Shown here: in pieces, positions 13,256 to 25,620 of the stretch
Layout of the letters: each line of letters begins with the position of its first letter
Position numbering within the stretch: position 1 is the stretch's first letter
Assembly: GCA_010405405.1 (NCBI GenBank)
Contig: MU004234.1
Coordinates: 4,671-68,670, forward strand
Reading direction: 5' to 3'
From: Microthyrium microscopicum
Lineage: Eukaryota
Length of the DNA stretch: 64,000 nt
The notes under the pieces: generated by a model
What the model was told of the DNA's origin: nothing
Seen by the model: the letters and a program-made list of their open reading frames with translations, nothing else
Database searches by the model: none
Made by a program: the position numbers and the translations under genes

Positions 13256-15402
13256 ATGTCTACGGCCACGAATGATAATGTTCATATTGGAAGATGGACC
13301 GATTGGGGTGAGTATAGTCAATATTATATACGCACAAAATCAACTAACCAAAGATAGACAGAGGGAGAGTATTGGGCTCGACGATCACTTTGCCCACTAC
13401 TCAAGGAGCTTTCCTCATTGCGTTTCTTGCTCTGTATATTAGGTTCGCTGGCAATCAACTCTGGAATATACTATGTTTCTTTCTCCACCAGCATAGGTCC
13501 ACAATCCAAGCACGAGATGGGCATCATCACCAACTCCAGGCACTACTACGAAATGCCTTGGTTGATACTTCCACGATTTGGGAGACAGTGAAACTCACCT
13601 ATCTCTGGAGATCAAAAACAACCTCTGCGGTGCGAAAGTCTTTACTGGTTCTTTTTTTTGCAACCCTTAACTGGGTTGGATTTGCAGTTGCTGGCATATT
13701 TTCTTCCAGAGTGGCTCTCGCCGGGAACCTGGCTCTTAGGAATCCAGGAACATGCGGCTGGATGTCCATCGACTTATCAGGTCTTTCAACTGAGCTCCCT
13801 ACTGAAGCTGCCCAAAGAATCAACGCAATGTATGTATTTGGTCGCAGATCCGCAAAACTTGGCATGGATTACAGTGCTTCCTGCTACGCAAATACAACAG
13901 AAGGGATGCCGGCTACATGTCGTATGTTTGCTCGAGCTAATATCCCGTCGACTATCGACAGAAGTGCGCCATGTCCTTTCGCGAACAATCTTTGCAACGG
14001 CCCTGCTGTTCAGCTAGACTCGGGTCTAGTAGACTCCAGTAAGTTTGGGCTCAACACTCGACAACAGGAAAAAATTCAATTCAGAAGACAGACAACTTGT
14101 GCTCTCATTCCGACCAACAGGTTTGTAAGTGATTGGACAAGAGAAGCTCCAGTCCCACGACAACGATGGGACGTCGCAATTGACGATTCGTACCTCTATT
14201 ATTCTTATGGCCAAAATACTCAAGTCATCGCTTACAACTGGGCTCAAGCCAGAACAAACTACTCCTTTGTCCGGTCAAACGCAAGTTTCCTGACACAAAA
14301 GGATAGCTACGACCTTGGCTGTACAGCCACTTTTGCTGGGAATTTGACTGATGCGGCACTACTTAGCAGTTTTGTTCCTCGAAAAGAACTCGCAGTTGAT
14401 AGTGGTGATCTCACACTTCTCATGCTTTCAAATCAAGCGCAGTATCTGGGCCCCGTTGTGGATACGTGGTTCTCAGCGAGCAGCACAGAAGATAATCGCA
14501 ACCTCGGACTTGCATCAACCGTCAATGCAAGCGTATATTATCCGGATAGCCTGATCTCGACCATGGGCTGCATCGAGAAATATCAATATTGCAATAATGA
14601 TGTCTGTACCCCTCTGGATGGATATTACACGGTATCACCAGACCAGGATAATGGACTTCATATGAACACTCGACAAAGAGCTGTCTTTCGGATTATGCTA
14701 AAAGCTGCTTGGTCATCCAAGATCAAGTTCCTGTCACAACTCGTTGGAGCTGAGGGATTACTCGCCCAGCAATTTGTTGAAGAACATTCGGGAGGATTGG
14801 CTTCAGCTCCTGTATATCCCGATCAGTGGAAGCAAGAAGTCGAAAACATGCATAACATCTCACTAGCAGTCCTTCAACAAAAGGTTGCAGATTATGCTAA
14901 TCAACCATACATGGAGACACAGCCCGGAATTGGTGTTGAGAAGTTCATTATTCCTCCTGGCTCCCCTGAGGAGGCCGAGCTTTGCAATCAAATCAAGATT
15001 CGATCCACATCGCATACATCATTCAGCCTGTTTGGTACGATTCTTATCCTCCTGGTCGGCGGCCTGATCATACTCATCAACATCTGGCTGCCTGCTATTG
15101 TTTTTAGACTCCGAGATAAGGAACGTGTGCGGGAAGAATACAAAGCCCATGACTGGTGGGATTCGGGAACTCTACAAATTCAACGGGCCGCATATGAAAG
15201 TCAAGGGATAGGACCCTGGGAGGGAGCTGCTCGATACGTTCCCGTTACAGCACTCTTTGGTATGTCATTCCCAGCTCTTCGACAACTCTCCAACTCTAGA
15301 GTACCTGCCTGGTTCGGGCAGAGTCCAGGCCCGAGTAAATGGCCTGTTACTGGTAAACCACGTCCCAGAACTAGGAATTCGTATGTTGGGCAATATCCTT
15401 AA
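13256..15402 (+). CDS. Uncharacterised membrane glycoprotein (2 exons; intron 13308-13357)
   Basis: ATG 13256; the GTGAGT...CTAAC...TAG intron gives VHIGRWTDW-DRGRVLGSTITLPTTQGAFLIAFLALY. N-terminal TM segments, a large Cys-containing lumenal domain and a C-terminal TM (FSLFGTILILLVGGLIIL). Confidence 0.85.
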
Positions 15403-15517
15403 TGAACAGCAGCAAATGGACTTTTGTTGAAACTTCCAACGACTTTGAGCAATCTATCGTTTCATTATTATTTAAATAGTTGTCTCAGAGAAAGTGGCAG
15501 CGTAGGCGAATCTGGCA

Positions 15518-16649
15518 CTACACTATCTTGGTGAGTAATTTCCCTCTATTGTGGCCACTGAATAGTTTGACCCAAGTCTTTGGAATGTCTTCAAACTTTG
15601 TATCCACGATCGTCTCATTCTCGTCACTTAGCTTTATCTTCCCATCCTTCACGGCGTTGGTAAGCTCCTCGACCCACTTTTGGGCATTGCCATCACCGAA
15701 GTGGTCAAAAGCGATGAAACCAGTGATCTGGATTCTCTGCTGAATTATTTCGAACCAATTCTTTAATCCAGACTTGTCGCCTTTGTTGTAGTCAGCAATA
15801 GCACCACAAGCAGCCACTCTTCCTCCTCTACCCAATCGAGTCAACATCAAATCCAGCTGTTCACCACCCACGTTGTCAAAGTAGACATCGACGAATCCCT
15901 CCGTAGCTTTGACGAGCTTCTCTTTCCAGTCGTCCTTTTTATAGTTGATGCACAGATCTGCACCCAAACTCTCAACCCACTGGCACTTTTCGTCACTTCC
16001 TGCGATCCCAATGACCTTGCCACATCCAATCAGCTTCTTCGCAATCTGCACCACCATACTGCCAGTAGCTCCCGCGGCTCCGGACACTACGATTGATTCG
16101 CCTTTCTTTGCTTTGGCAATCTCGTTGATTCCAACCCATGCAGTCAGACCAGTGGAGCCAAGTGCGCCTAGAAATTGGGTCTCTTTGACACCTGGAATGT
16201 CGGTCTTCACCCGCTGGACTTCTTTGGCATCGAAAATGGCATACTCCCTCCAATTCATGGTTGCAGTGACAAGATCACCTTCTTTGTAGTCTTTAGATTT
16301 AGAAGACACGACCTTCCCCATTCCACGTGCGCGCATAGCGTCGCCAGTGGGAACAGGTGGTACATATAGACGGTCTGGATCGGCTTTTACGTCTGTGATC
16401 TGTTAATTGAACGTCTTTTAGGTGGTAACGGCATAATGATAGATCGGCTTAAACGGGGAGCTTACCAATCCAGCCGCGCTGTGCCGGGTCGTTTGAGAGG
16501 TACACTGTCTGGAGAAGTAGTTGACCATCATCAAGGGATGGCAAGTCCTGTGTTTCGAGCTTGAAGGTTGCGTTGGAGCCAGAAAGAACGGCATCATCAG
16601 TAGGTTTATTGGCGAGAATCCACACTTTTGTTTTCGTTGGTGGCGACAT
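15518..16649 (-). CDS. NADP-dependent MDR-family oxidoreductase (prostaglandin reductase/LTB4 dehydrogenase-like); intron 16393-16465
   Basis: YLSNDPAQRGWI, VVSGAAGATGS nucleotide-binding motif, YFDNVGG, CGAIADYN, N-R-GKL C-terminus. Confidence 0.92.
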
Positions 16650-18662
16650 GCTTCATAGACTGACTGTTAAGGCGAGATACTTCAGGTCCTGTTCAAAGTG
16701 ATATCGCAATTCGATGCAGTGGTTGAGTAGTTGGAGTTATGTATGGGTTGGTCGCGGATATGAACCACTGTGCTGGTGGTTTGATGTCGTGCTTCATGAG
16801 GTTTTCGATGATGTAGTTACTGGCTTTTGACGTCATGGATAACTAATCCAACCCGGTAGAAAGCGCATGGAATTGTGGAATAATGGTGAATTTGCCGCAG
16901 TAGAGTTTGGCCGAGGCTGCATGCATTTGATTGACATTTGATGTATGCAAAGACATGGAGATGGCCAAGAGGTTCTGTACGTTAGAGGCACTACCAGTGA
17001 AGTGAAAGAAGTGCTTTCTTCTCATGCAATAATAGATCCATCCCGTCTAACCTTCTTTTGATGTTGTTTTCAGATGATCAGCCAGCCAATAATTGCACTG
17101 TTCATAAGGCATGGAATGGAACAAACGTTAGCACTTAATCTACGTTTACGCTAACTGAAACGAGAATTACTTCGCACATCAGTCATTTGATCTATGTCAA
17201 GGTTTGATGTCAAACCTTGATGGGAATTATTAGTCCTGTTCAAGTACTTGGGTTGGGTGCTTTAAAAAGTTGTATATGCTGCTTCCACATTCTCACAACT
17301 TTCTGAACTAAATGGTAGATTTGATTTTCTTCTTCTCCGATGTCTTTTACGCTTTGAGTGTTACCGTAGAGAGAAGTCCCACAAGATGTCCGCATGGTAG
17401 CTCCAGTAATCGATTCAGCCAAAATAGCGCTTTTGTGCAAAGAAGGCGTCAAAGACATATGATTAACAAGCGATCGAGTAAAGTATTTAATAGAATCAAC
17501 TTTAAGATAAGCGTAAATTTAGAATTACGAAACTTTAGCCTACTTTAACGGGGAATCGGCTTAAGCCTTATAAGCTTAATATGTTTATACTTACTAGAAA
17601 TTTGAATCATTCTTCTAGAGTAACAGCAAAGAAAAAACCAGAGAAACAGAATCGCCACATAAACGTTAATAAGCAGCCACGAAAACCCCAAATAGCTTGT
17701 GGACATCTTGTTAGATTTATACGGTCATGATTGTGTTGCTTCTTCATTGATACAAGCGAGAGCTACTCAAGTAACAGGAAGCATTATGATTGTCCAGACT
17801 TTTCTAGTCGTAAGTAAGTATCTTATCGTACCTTTTTATAGTAGGTTGAATATCTTCCCATTTACGGACCAACTCTACCGTAAATTGTCATACATATTTT
17901 AAGGATAGTCAGAACCTGCGAGCGTCAACGCCAATCAGGTACTTGGTTTAAAAGTGAGACCCTCTGCTGCTTGTTGCTTTTTGGGCAAGCGCTACAGGGA
18001 CTTTAACGTCCAGACCTCAGTAGTGGCTGATACTATTCGATATCATCAACACCCGACTACGGAGTACCGCACTCTTAGCTCTGAATTTTCTTATTGTTGG
18101 CGGCATGGGCAACAAACAAGCAAAGTAAGGCTGAGTGGGCTGTTCCTCATTACGAGTCTGGACTCTGGACCTTGCGCCCATTGTGTCGCGGCAGCTCTAG
18201 CTCGCGATTCAGCAATACGTTCGAGGCTTGACCATCAATTATTGGCTTCGAAAGCCACCACAAATCGTTTAGTTTTTAGTGTTTAGCAGGTATTCAACCA
18301 GTAAGAGTGCGAAGGAGAACTCAACCCGTATATAACAAGCTAAATCAAGCTTTTTCAGCCACAGAAGGTTTTCGCCAAAACCTGGAAGCTCATTTTGGTT
18401 GCGTTTAACCGAGATAAAAGTAGTAAAAGCGTACTGTGTAGGCTTGACGTTCGAACCTGTCTCTCAATCGCGGCATGTATACGGTAAGATATACCTGGGT
18501 ATGTACGCTGCCACAATCAGCTTCTGTAGTTGGTCGTCGGCACGCCGCTTTGACTTTTGTATTCCTCCTCGTTGACAACGTTGCTATAAGACAAGCTGCA
18601 CGCACCATATAGTTCATCATCGCGACCGGGTGTTTCTCAACTTCGATCAGAACGCTTCCAGA

Positions 18663-20030
18663 ATGGTCGTCCTACCAGCCGTTTTTTTGCTTCTAACATC
18701 TTTTGGCCGTGTTCAGGCTGCACCTGGAGCTTCAAGTCTTGAGCGGAGAGACAATGTGGATAATGCTGTCAAGTTGCTCGTCGCTGCGAAAGCCTCTGCC
18801 TTCTGCTCCAGCGTTATTGGGATCAAAGATGTGACCACCACTAAAACCTCAGTAGGCCTAACGAGCCATATCACCATCACCGATTCAGCAGCTCCTTGCA
18901 CCATCACAGCACCTGCGAATACTCTGACTGCAACCTCCATTGTCACTCTGTCCGCTTCTGTCATATCGACGACTACCACTCTTGTTGCTTCAACCTCTAC
19001 TTCCTTGGTTACCGCGTCCGCCTCTACTGTCGTGGCAACTTCGACTTTATCTGCCATTACAGATACATCTTTGATCACATTATCTATCTCTACTTCGACG
19101 ACCAGTACCACTGTAACTCCTGATCCCGTTTTCACCACCAGTACCGCTACTTCCGCTACTGTTGTCACAACGTAAGGGCCCTATTTTGTGTTACCATACT
19201 TTTCATATGATAACTAACATCAAACCAGCACCATTACCTCCTATGCTCCGAACGGAGTTATGAAGAAGCGCGCAACGGCTTCTCCGACCTGCAACTTGAA
19301 GAATCTTCCTCCAGTCGTTAGTGTCTTCGCCTGCGATGTCATCCAGAGCGCCTGCAGCAGATATGTCCAACCAGCGACACAGACCACAATCAAGACAGTC
19401 CCAGGCTCATTATATACGTCACATACCACCGCTCGATCTTCTTGCATAACCATCACTCCCTCCTCGTCAATGGCTACAACCACTACCACAGTCACTCCGT
19501 CGGCCGTGACCTCTGTCGCTACCAATACCCCTCCAGTCTCACAGGTGACCTCCACCATCACACCGCCAGCAGTCACTGTCACTGTATCCTCTCAGCTACC
19601 CGACAGCACAACCAGCGTCACAGTCACTCCCCCAGGCACGGTGGTGACATCCACTATCACTCTTCCCGCCTCCACGATCATTTCCACAACGACTTCTATG
19701 CCCACCTCTACCTCCACTGTCTTTGTCTCAGGCACCACGACAGAGACCAACAACTGCAAGGCCGGAAGAACGCCCTATGATATCGACATCCCTGGCATCA
19801 CTGCATATATAGACATCACCTGCAATGCTTTTGGTGGCAATCCGTTTGGGTCTGTGGCTACGCTGACTACTACTTCCTTTACCGATTGTGTAAACAATTG
19901 TTTGAACACCGCTTGTGATGCTGTTGACTGGAATATCCAGACTGGAGAGTGCATCGAGTATAACGGTGCTATCCAAGGTCCCAGTCAGAATTATGGCTTC
20001 AATCATATGCAAATAGATATTGCATTCTAG
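18663..20030 (+). CDS. Secreted Thr/Ser-rich (mucin-like) protein with a C-terminal Cys-rich PAN/apple-like domain; intron 19172-19228
   Basis: Signal peptide MVVLPAVFLLLTSFGRVQA; Thr-rich stalks; the intron joins the two ORFs in frame; C-terminal FTDCVNNCLNTACDAVDW..GEC pattern. Confidence 0.8.
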
Positions 20031-20365
20031 CGGAGGAATCAGGGCATCCGCATTCTGTCCCCTCTACCGTCATTCTAAGATATCCGTCGCCTTACTGCCT
20101 GTTATGTCTACCTGGCCTCAATTAGGACCAGAGGACTTTGGTATTTTCCATCGATACAGCATTTCAACGTCCTAGAGGATATGTGACACGTGCAAAGCAT
20201 ATAACCTGAAGGTAATGAATGTCGAACTGTGCGAAATGTCGCTATTGGTCAATACCTTAGGGAAATGCGTAGATTGAGAAGATATCTACGAGACAACTTT
20301 CTCACAGAAGGGCAGATTTTTACAATGATGTATTAATATATCTATTCTATATTCGGTGCTAAAGC

Positions 20366-22453
20366 CTAGAAACGGGCCATCACACTACGTTGTGAAGTCC
20401 AAAAGCGAGCCCTCTTTCCATATATGTACATGGGAATAGAGGCAGCCATGCAAACCATTTGTATCGTTCCAAGAGCTATGAAGACTTTTTTGCTTCCACT
20501 CCTTTGCAACCATTGAGGAAAGAATAGGGAAAATACTAGGCCATGGAATATGTCTACATTTGTTAGTCAAGCTGGGTTAGAAATGGAAGCAGGGTAATCT
20601 TACTTTTGGAGAAATTGAGCGTTACCAACGCTTCGCCAGCGTATTGCCGGTAACTGTCTACGCAATATGTGATTGCAGTTGTAGAACCAAGTGCACAACC
20701 AAATGATATAATTCCGAAAAATATGGTAGGCACGATTGGGTTGTCTCGCACTTCTACTGACCAACCAAAGCCATAGAGACCTGCTGAAGTTGCTAAAGCC
20801 ACTGCGGGTATCATGGCAAGTCTGAATTCAGGTTCGTAGACCCCATCGTTTCTTTTGGACAGAATTTGAACGATGGTGTCGCTGATCTTTCCTGCTAAAG
20901 CTGATCCAAGCACTGCTCCTATGAAAGGGGAAAGAAAGACCATTCCAGTCTCCAGTGATGTGAAGTGATATGTTTCCTTATTCTCATATATTTGACCAAC
21001 AGCTTCGGACAGAACGATAAGCCAGCCAATGGAGAGGGAATATACCAAGGAGCTCCAAAGAATGGCTGGATAAGAGAACAAGATAAAAGGCCGGAGAGCA
21101 ACCTTCAGCCAGCTATCTTGATTGATGCGTCCTGTAAATGGACTCAGTGTCTGAATAAATGTCCTTCGAGGATGGCTTCGAAGTCTTTCGGTGTAGTCCT
21201 GATTTTCGATTGGAATGGGATCATTTATGTTTGTCCATGTAGAAAGAATAGTGGTTTCAACCTCTTCGACATGTGTTTTGGATTCGTTTGTAACCCATCC
21301 TGGCTGGTCATAAGCCTCAACGACGCCATGGAAACCTCCATTTCGAGATGGTGCAAGGTTGGAGGTGCTTTCCTCTATGACATTGAGATCTGATACAGTC
21401 TTGGCATCTGAAGAAAACTTGTTGGACATTTGAGCGTTGCTTTGAATTACCCTGGATCGTCTTTGCATGTCTTTTGCGACTTCGATTTGTCGGGGTCTTC
21501 GGTCCCAGTAGGTTTCGCCCATGAAAAGGAACAAAAGAACAAGACAGGCTGTTGCGTAAGCGGTGACGACCCTTGAGCACAGTTAGCATCAATTCTAGAG
21601 GAAAAATGTAAGACGTACCAAAAGACGGTTCTCCAGCCACTTTTCTCGTTGATCACAGCTCCTAATAATGGAGCGAGATTCTTTCCAGTCAAGAGAAGGA
21701 GAGTGTATAGACCCAGACGAAAGGCTCTTTGGTGTAGAAAGAAAAGCTCCGTAATAGCTGCGGAAGGAAGAACTTCGACTGGACTTGTAGCCATACCTTC
21801 GAAGATTCTTGCAGCAACAAGAGATCCGAAGCTTGGAGAAATAGCACACCAGATCGAAGTGGCGATCATCAGTGTTGCTCCGACGAGAAAGACGAATCGT
21901 TTTCCAAATAAAACTGCTGTTGGACTAGCAACAACACCACCTAGTCCCAAACCCATCATGAAAAATCCTGTTGTGAGCGCTACCTTGGGGACTGGTACGT
22001 GGAAAGCCTCAGCAATGTCTTCGAAGCCAGCGGAGATAACAGGAGTGAGTCCACCACCAAGTGTGCAGATTAAGCCTATTGCTACTAGAGCCATATTCCT
22101 TCGCCATAATGGCCAGTTCAAAGGATCGTTGGGTGAATCATCTGGCTGTGGTTCGAGAACAATCTTGCCATCAGGTGTCGTCTTCTTTGGAACCTCCAGT
22201 GATAAATCAGAAGAGTTAGAGTCGGTGAGACCAAGAGAGTCGTTGCCATTGTCAGGTATTGGCTTTGAAAACAATAGAACGGATCCTTAAACTTGTCAGT
22301 ATGGGTTATGGGGTAATGAAGCGGCAGTGACAGACCTGGGACAAGTTCGGATGACTCTACATTGAGAATGCCACAACACCATTTACGGTTCGAGATACTA
22401 GTCTCAATATCGCCGATGGCGTCAAGGCTTTCTCTTACTCTTCTTCTTGGCAT
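20366..22453 (-). CDS. MFS transporter (HOL1-like), 4 exons
   Basis: LEPQPDDSPNDPLNWPLWRR, GVYEPEFRL, YCVDSYRQYAGEALVTLNFSK-NIFHGLVFSLFF...IPMYIYGKRAR after splicing; introns near 22286-22386, about 21575-21618 and about 20555-20603. Confidence 0.9.
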
Positions 22454-24870
22454 TTTTGTGTAATGAAATTAAAATGTCTTGGTGAAAGATGAAAAAGGAT
22501 AGATCCAGCTATTTTATGTGTCTTCCACTGACAGAACTAAAGGTACCAAGTATTAGCTATGAGTTGAAACTATTCCTAGTGACGCGTCTTCATCTAAGAT
22601 GCTACGACACATGTCATAAAACTGATAATTGGTGTCAAAGGGCTGAGGGAATTAACTCACAATGTTCAAAAATCCCTTGAATATTGGACCATGGTACAAG
22701 CAACAATGATCAGCTGTGATAATCAAGTGCAGCAAATCCTTTTTCCGTGGGGATTTGGTCAAGGCGGCCTGGTAGTCGAGATAGATTGAATATGGCGTTA
22801 GACTTGCAATTCCAGCAATATATTTGGGGTGACATGGCTTGTGGGCATATGAAGGTATCAACGATGTAACTAGAAGCCTTCGAAAACCATATCTTGGGAA
22901 CGCATAACAGGCGTAATAAACAGTCCAAGCTCACAGATCCGGGACTTTCCATTCCCTGCTTCAAATATTCCGGCCCTGGAATACTTGTTTCCTATTGGAA
23001 CATCTGATCGTGTTAATTGCTCAATTAGGCCAAGACAACGGGGAGCCGCAACATGATCATCTTTTAAAGTTGCTAAGCTTTTTGGATTAATCTACTGAGA
23101 TAAGCTTATCAACCCTTCCCTTGTCGATCTTGATTCAAAAGGATCAGCAGATGGACCTGGCATCTCATCTAGTACACCAAATATATGGCTTGGCATGGGT
23201 AAGTGTAGAACTCGGGCATTCCTTTGAAGCAAATTGTCTAGGTTAATGGCTTGACTAGATCATTGTTTAAGATTTTACGCCTTCGAATCTCCGAGTCTTG
23301 GGGAATAAGAGATATTAGGGAATAACTTCAATACAATCAGGAAGGGACATCGAGGTGTCAATATAACCGGGAGACAATGTGTATTCCGGTGATGGGGAAT
23401 TGAAACAAAGCTGTAACACACGAATCGCAGTGCGAGTTACATTTTATCATGTTGCCCTTGTGAAGCTCATGAGAGTCGAAAAAGAGTCCCCAATTGTGAG
23501 GAGAAGAAACCCCACGTTTCAGAGTTATCCCCCCAAACAGTACAATAAACGCGAAGTTCTTCTAGAACTCCGTTACTGATTAGATTGGGGGCGGTATGGA
23601 TCTAAGCCCAGCGCAAGCGAAAGTAAACAGATCTACAAATCCTAGCTAGCCTGGTCATAAGCCAAGAAATATAATATCCATGCCCAGCAGTAAATTAGGC
23701 TTCTTTTCCTAAGGGACCTCCACGGGAAAAGCTGCAGTATGTCATCTAACTGGAAATTCCACGTTAGGTCTTCACTGTTAGATCAGAACAATACATATGA
23801 GAAGATCAAGGCTTCATAATGTCTCACAGCTATACCATGGAACCATAAACTAGTAGGATATTCATACAAATGAGGTCCGACCTTTTAGTTGAATACTCAG
23901 TCAAAAGACAACAAGACGGTTGCCGGCTAGACTGGCCAGAATCAAAGTAAGGAACGTTTGAAACAGCATTGCAGTTATGAGAACTGTTATAATCATAGAG
24001 CCAATAGGTAGCTCAAACATTGTTTCTACAGTTTGGGCAGTGAAATCATGAACCAGAGCAGCATTTAGATTGCCAGATAAGGACTGCACTGCGTGAGCAT
24101 TCAAAACCAGCATGCCCATCTAATCAAAAGATGTGACAGTGATCATCCGAGTGAGGATCCCAGACAAGTCATCGCTTTGTAGCAGGCGTATTGATCTTGG
24201 TGGCTCATGTCATATCCACTAGCACTAATGACTTTGCAGTGACCATCCTATGCACTGGCCGTCTTGACCTTGTGTCAAAATCACCACATCAATACTTGAC
24301 CTTTGGATATTTTGTCCTTGCACTAGGTGACATGCGTGATGCCCCAAAGTTCAAGCCAGTTGTTTCCATTTTTTGTGTGATAATGCTGCAGCCAAATCAG
24401 CAAAGTAGCAGTGATCTTGACAACTACTTCGACAGATTGACCAACGGAGGCTGTGAACATCATAGCTTACATACGGACTTATCAAAATCGCTCCCCGTCA
24501 AGTATGCATGATACAATTTGCTCTCTGTGTCCAGGTTGATGCTTGCCTTGCATCCCATTGTTCTTCAATTTCGATTGCGGTTGAAATCCTTCAACGGTGA
24601 TGCGTCGCTTCGGCCCCTGCTTTTTAAGGTTTAGTCACTGAGACTGCATGGATTTGCTCTCAACTCTATTACAACACTCTTATATCCCGATCCTCTAAGC
24701 AGATTAGATTAAGCCATGGTCCTGGAGCAAGGGAGGAATAGCTAAGTAAGAATGGTTAATCGATAGCTCCTCGTTAGATGACTTTGCGGCCATAATTCAC
24801 ATTCCAATGAGTTAAAGGACCTCTCGATTGTTGTGCAGCGCGAATAGCGCACTGGGCTCACTTGTTCTTG

Positions 24871-25133
24871 TGAGCAAGTTTTAGAATTAAGCTGGGAGAG
24901 CACGTGGATGGGATCGACTTCCGTGGTGTTGATATTGCTGACACCGAACTTGGCACACCACAGCTTGGCAGAAAATGCACAAATAAGATAATTCGCAAAG
25001 ACCATTTTGAGCAGAGTTTGAATTCAGCTGGGAGAAACACGTGGATGGGATCGACTTCCGTGGTGTTGATATTGCTGACGCCGAACTTGGCAGACACAGC
25101 TTGGCAGGAAATGCACGAACGAGATAGTCGCAA
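24871..25133. repeat. Tandem duplication, about 136-bp period (24871-24998 and 25008-25133)
   Basis: Shared core cacgtggatgggatcgacttccgtggtgttgatattgctgac.ccgaacttggca in both copies. Confidence 0.9.
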
Positions 25134-25620
25134 CGGTCTTAACATCATGTAGATACTGCGTAATCACAGTCTCAGCTTCTTCGCACACTACCAGCTACGC
25201 TGGGTTACACTCACACGACATCCTGAATCCAGAGAACCTCATGCGACTACGCCAGTGGCATTCACCGAACCCCAACGCAATTATTTGTTTAGGCAATACA
25301 TGATCAATCATTGACAGTGGCCTGTCTCTATCGCTTTTGCCGATCTGTTAGCACTGTCTGATCCCCCTATACCTACCCCTTTTCCTTGAAAGGGCAGGAC
25401 TGACAACATATGCCGATCCCAAAGTTCTGACCGCCATTCTATAAAGCTTGATCAGATGAGCAGAATAGAAGATCAAAGACATTACATTATCAACCATCAC
25501 CACCATCAATCATATATACAACATTTCAAGCCCCTGCTAGAAAGCCAGTCTATGCTCATCATTATATACATCCACTCATCACTCACACAGCTATCCATCA
25601 CGCCATCATGCAAACTTCAC

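Noticed and set aside
23901..24511. Short ORFs (72 and 106 aa), one with a QYLTFGY stretch reminiscent of a P450 heme region
   Set aside because: No Cys-containing heme motif follows and no other P450 motifs are visible.
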